This document shows, piece by piece, positions 45,228 to 46,894 of a DNA stretch of 46,894 nucleotides. The stretch's first letter is position 1. Each line of letters opens with the position of its first letter. Under the pieces are notes generated by a model. The model worked only from the letters and a program-made list of their open reading frames with translations, did no database searches and had not been told where the DNA came from. Source of the stretch: an uncultured Nitrosopumilaceae archaeon. Lineage in GTDB: Archaea > Thermoproteota > Nitrososphaeria > Nitrososphaerales > Nitrosopumilaceae. The DNA is taken from the NCBI GenBank assembly GCA_964347915.1, contig CAYGAM010000003.1:1-46894 (forward strand). The letters are read 5' to 3'. The position numbers were made by a program, and so were the translations under genes.

Positions 45228-46894
45228 TCAGAGCGCGGCATCAGCCATGCTGCATTGAGATCTGGCCATCCCAAGCCGCCTGGCCAGGACAATTGCTGCA
45301 GCTGCGGGAGCTGCCAAATACATGCCCAGGTTCAGGGCTATTACAGAGATGCCAAGCGCCAGTACGGATGCCTCGGAGTTTTCGTCCGCCAGCGACATTA
45401 CTGACAGCGAGTGAATCATCGGAGTGATCAGTGTTTTTATGGCGTCCCGGAACGCTGAATTCTCCCGCTGCATGTCGGCTATCCCAGGCGAGAACTCATA
45501 GTACAGTGAGTTGAATCCAGACACAAACGAGGAGCCCGAATCTGTGGAGAGAAGAGTGCTGTCCCGCAACTCTCTTAGCATCTGCACCTGCGGCGCCAGC
45601 TCGGTGCCGTATGCCGCAGTCGCAATCAGGCATCCACCGTCATCAGCATCCGGCGCCGCCGTATCTGCGGGATCAGTGTCCGGTTCCGCCACAGCAGGCG
45701 AATCTGCTGCAGGAGCTTGTTCCGCTGCTGGAACCGGTTCCAGGACATCATTCTGTTCTGTTACGGGTGCCGGTGCGGGTGCAGAGCCGCGTTCTGCAGG
45801 CGCCTGTGCTTCTGCAGGCTGCGCAGAAACGGCCCGTGCCGGCGCCAGCGCGCCAGGAACGTATCTTGAATATTCAACCTGGCCTGTGCATTGGCCAAGC
45901 GTGTTTATGGTCTTGCTTGTAGACGAGCCGCCGCCTGCGCTGACTTTGAGCAGCATGATATCAGCATGCGCGCCGGCAGTGTAGATGGTACGGCCGTCCA
46001 AATTCTGAGCCGCGTCCGGCGTTGGCGTGAATGACTCTGAGCCTGCTATCAGTACGATCTCAGCGGAGAGATTGCTGTCCAGGATTACTGTAGTTGCAGG
46101 CTCATTGCAGTCCCACATTACAGAGTACAGCCCGGCAAATTCGGCTGGAGCGGCCGCGCCGCCTCCGCCTCCGCCCCCTCCTCCGCCGCCGCCTCCCCGG
46201 CTAGGCGCAGGCGCTGGGGACTGCGGAGGGAATCCGGCGCCCTGGTTTGAATCAGGCGGCGGGCTGTCTGGAGGCGCTTCATCGCGCTTGACTGTCACCG
46301 TTATGGTGCCCTGCGCGCTGTCTTGTCCGTCGGTTGCGGTATATCTGAACGAGTCTGTGCCGGCATGGTCATGGTCAGGCGTGTACGTAATCGTTGTACC
46401 TGCAAAGGTTGCAGTACCGTACGGCGGATTGGATACTGCCGATATTCTGAGAGTGCCGCTGCTGTCAGGATCAGATATGCTGGGAGTTATGGTCACGGGA
46501 GTGTTCACTGCAGTTGAAGCCTGCGTGTCGGGCGCAATGGGCGGCCTGTTTGACGCAGAAATAACTGTGATTGGGTTGTCAGGCGCGGCCTCAATGGCGT
46601 TTCCGTCAAGATCGGATACGGCGCCCGCCCGGATGTCAAGCTGCGGAGTATTCATTTGGATGATCCGGTTCAGATCATTTTGTCGGAGCGTCATTGATAT
46701 TGTATCCGAGTCAGTTGCTCCAGGAGTAATGATCGCACGTGCCAGTCCAATCTGGTTTGCCTCTCCTGTCTCGCTGATGTACAGCAATCTCGTATTCACG
46801 GCAGAAACGTCTATCGTCTCGCTGAATGTCATGGTTAGCACGCGCGTGTTATGATCCAAAGATGCAGAGACAAAGGCGGGCGCGGTCTCCGGCC
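45228..46894 (-). CDS. Large secreted/cell-surface protein with Ig/cadherin-like repeats, a Gly13 tract, a Pro/Ala-rich linker and a Cys-anchored C-terminal module; 5' end lies outside the window
   Basis: The frame stays open to the window edge upstream of the track TTG start (PETAPAFVSASLDHN...). VNTPVTITPSISDPDSSGTLRISAVSNPPYGTATFAGTTITYTPDHDHAGTDSFRYTATDGQDSAQGTITVTV is a cadherin-like/bacterial Ig-like unit. The C-terminus carries GGCLIATAAYGTELAPQVQMLRELRD plus a final TM helix. Confidence 0.75.
   Translation of the reverse strand, partial: PETAPAFVSASLDHNTRVLTMTFSETIDVSAVNTRLLYISETGEANQIGLARAIITPGATDSDTISMTLRQNDLNRIIQMNTPQLDIRAGAVSDLDGNAIEAAPDNPITVISASNRPPIAPDTQASTAVNTPVTITPSISDPDSSGTLRISAVSNPPYGTATFAGTTITYTPDHDHAGTDSFRYTATDGQDSAQGTITVTVKRDEAPPDSPPPDSNQGAGFPPQSPAPAPSRGGGGGGGGGGGGGAAAPAEFAGLYSVMWDCNEPATTVILDSNLSAEIVLIAGSESFTPTPDAAQNLDGRTIYTAGAHADIMLLKVSAGGGSSTSKTINTLGQCTGQVEYSRYVPGALAPARAVSAQPAEAQAPAERGSAPAPAPVTEQNDVLEPVPAAEQAPAADSPAVAEPDTDPADTAAPDADDGGCLIATAAYGTELAPQVQMLRELRDSTLLSTDSGSSFVSGFNSLYYEFSPGIADMQRENSAFRDAIKTLITPMIHSLSVMSLADENSEASVLALGISVIALNLGMYLAAPAAAAIVLARRLGMARSQCSMADAAL
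46158..46196 (-). repeat. Thirteen consecutive Gly codons (GGN)13
   Basis: The plus strand reads gcc gcc tcc gcc tcc gcc ccc tcc tcc gcc gcc gcc tcc. This also creates the mirror poly-Pro shadow ORF on the plus strand. Confidence 0.9.

Noticed and set aside
46027-46854. 275-aa plus-strand ORF with a poly-Pro run
   Set aside because: It is the mirror image of the surface-protein gene, and the poly-Pro run is the complement of the (Gly)13 codons.

Overview
This looks like an archaeal chromosomal segment. Gene content and tRNA architecture suggest an ammonia-oxidising Nitrososphaeria/Thaumarchaeota-like genome, but that is inference only.

Core content:
- rtcB and a PDCD5-like gene sit next to a tRNA-Glu whose T-loop carries a 16-nt insert.
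- A polyprenyl diphosphate synthase.
- A complete 11-gene complex-I operon in the order nuoA-B-C-D-H-I-J-K-M-L-N, with no nuoEFG.
- Agmatinase.
- A phosphate-uptake locus: pstS, then pstCAB-phoU-sixA, plus a divergent AbrB-PhoU regulator.
- An ABC-2 exporter pair.
- A large surface protein that runs off the right edge.

Accessory material is interleaved with the core:
- An IS110 transposase fragment, tRNA-Ser and two 38-bp repeats at the left edge.
- A 1.4-kb two-gene cassette bracketed by a perfect 21-bp direct repeat.
- A self-contained five-ORF unit with an ArdC-like gene that separates pstS from pstCAB.
- A frameshifted rve transposase relic.
- A partly A/T-rich island at 20.0-29.3 kb.

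The most interesting part is this island. It holds a Panacea-domain gene and a DUF262-DUF1524 (GmrSD/SspE-like) nuclease. Divergent from that nuclease is a translationally coupled five-gene operon: GHKL ATPase, an unknown 278-aa protein, an unknown N-domain fused to a PAPS-reductase (DndC/SspD-like) domain, a GIY-YIG nuclease, and a DGQHR/DndB-like protein.

This combination does not match canonical Dnd, Ssp, Dpd or BREX layouts as I know them. I propose it as a candidate uncharacterised DNA-modification/restriction system. A G10 tract lies in the first gene of the operon.
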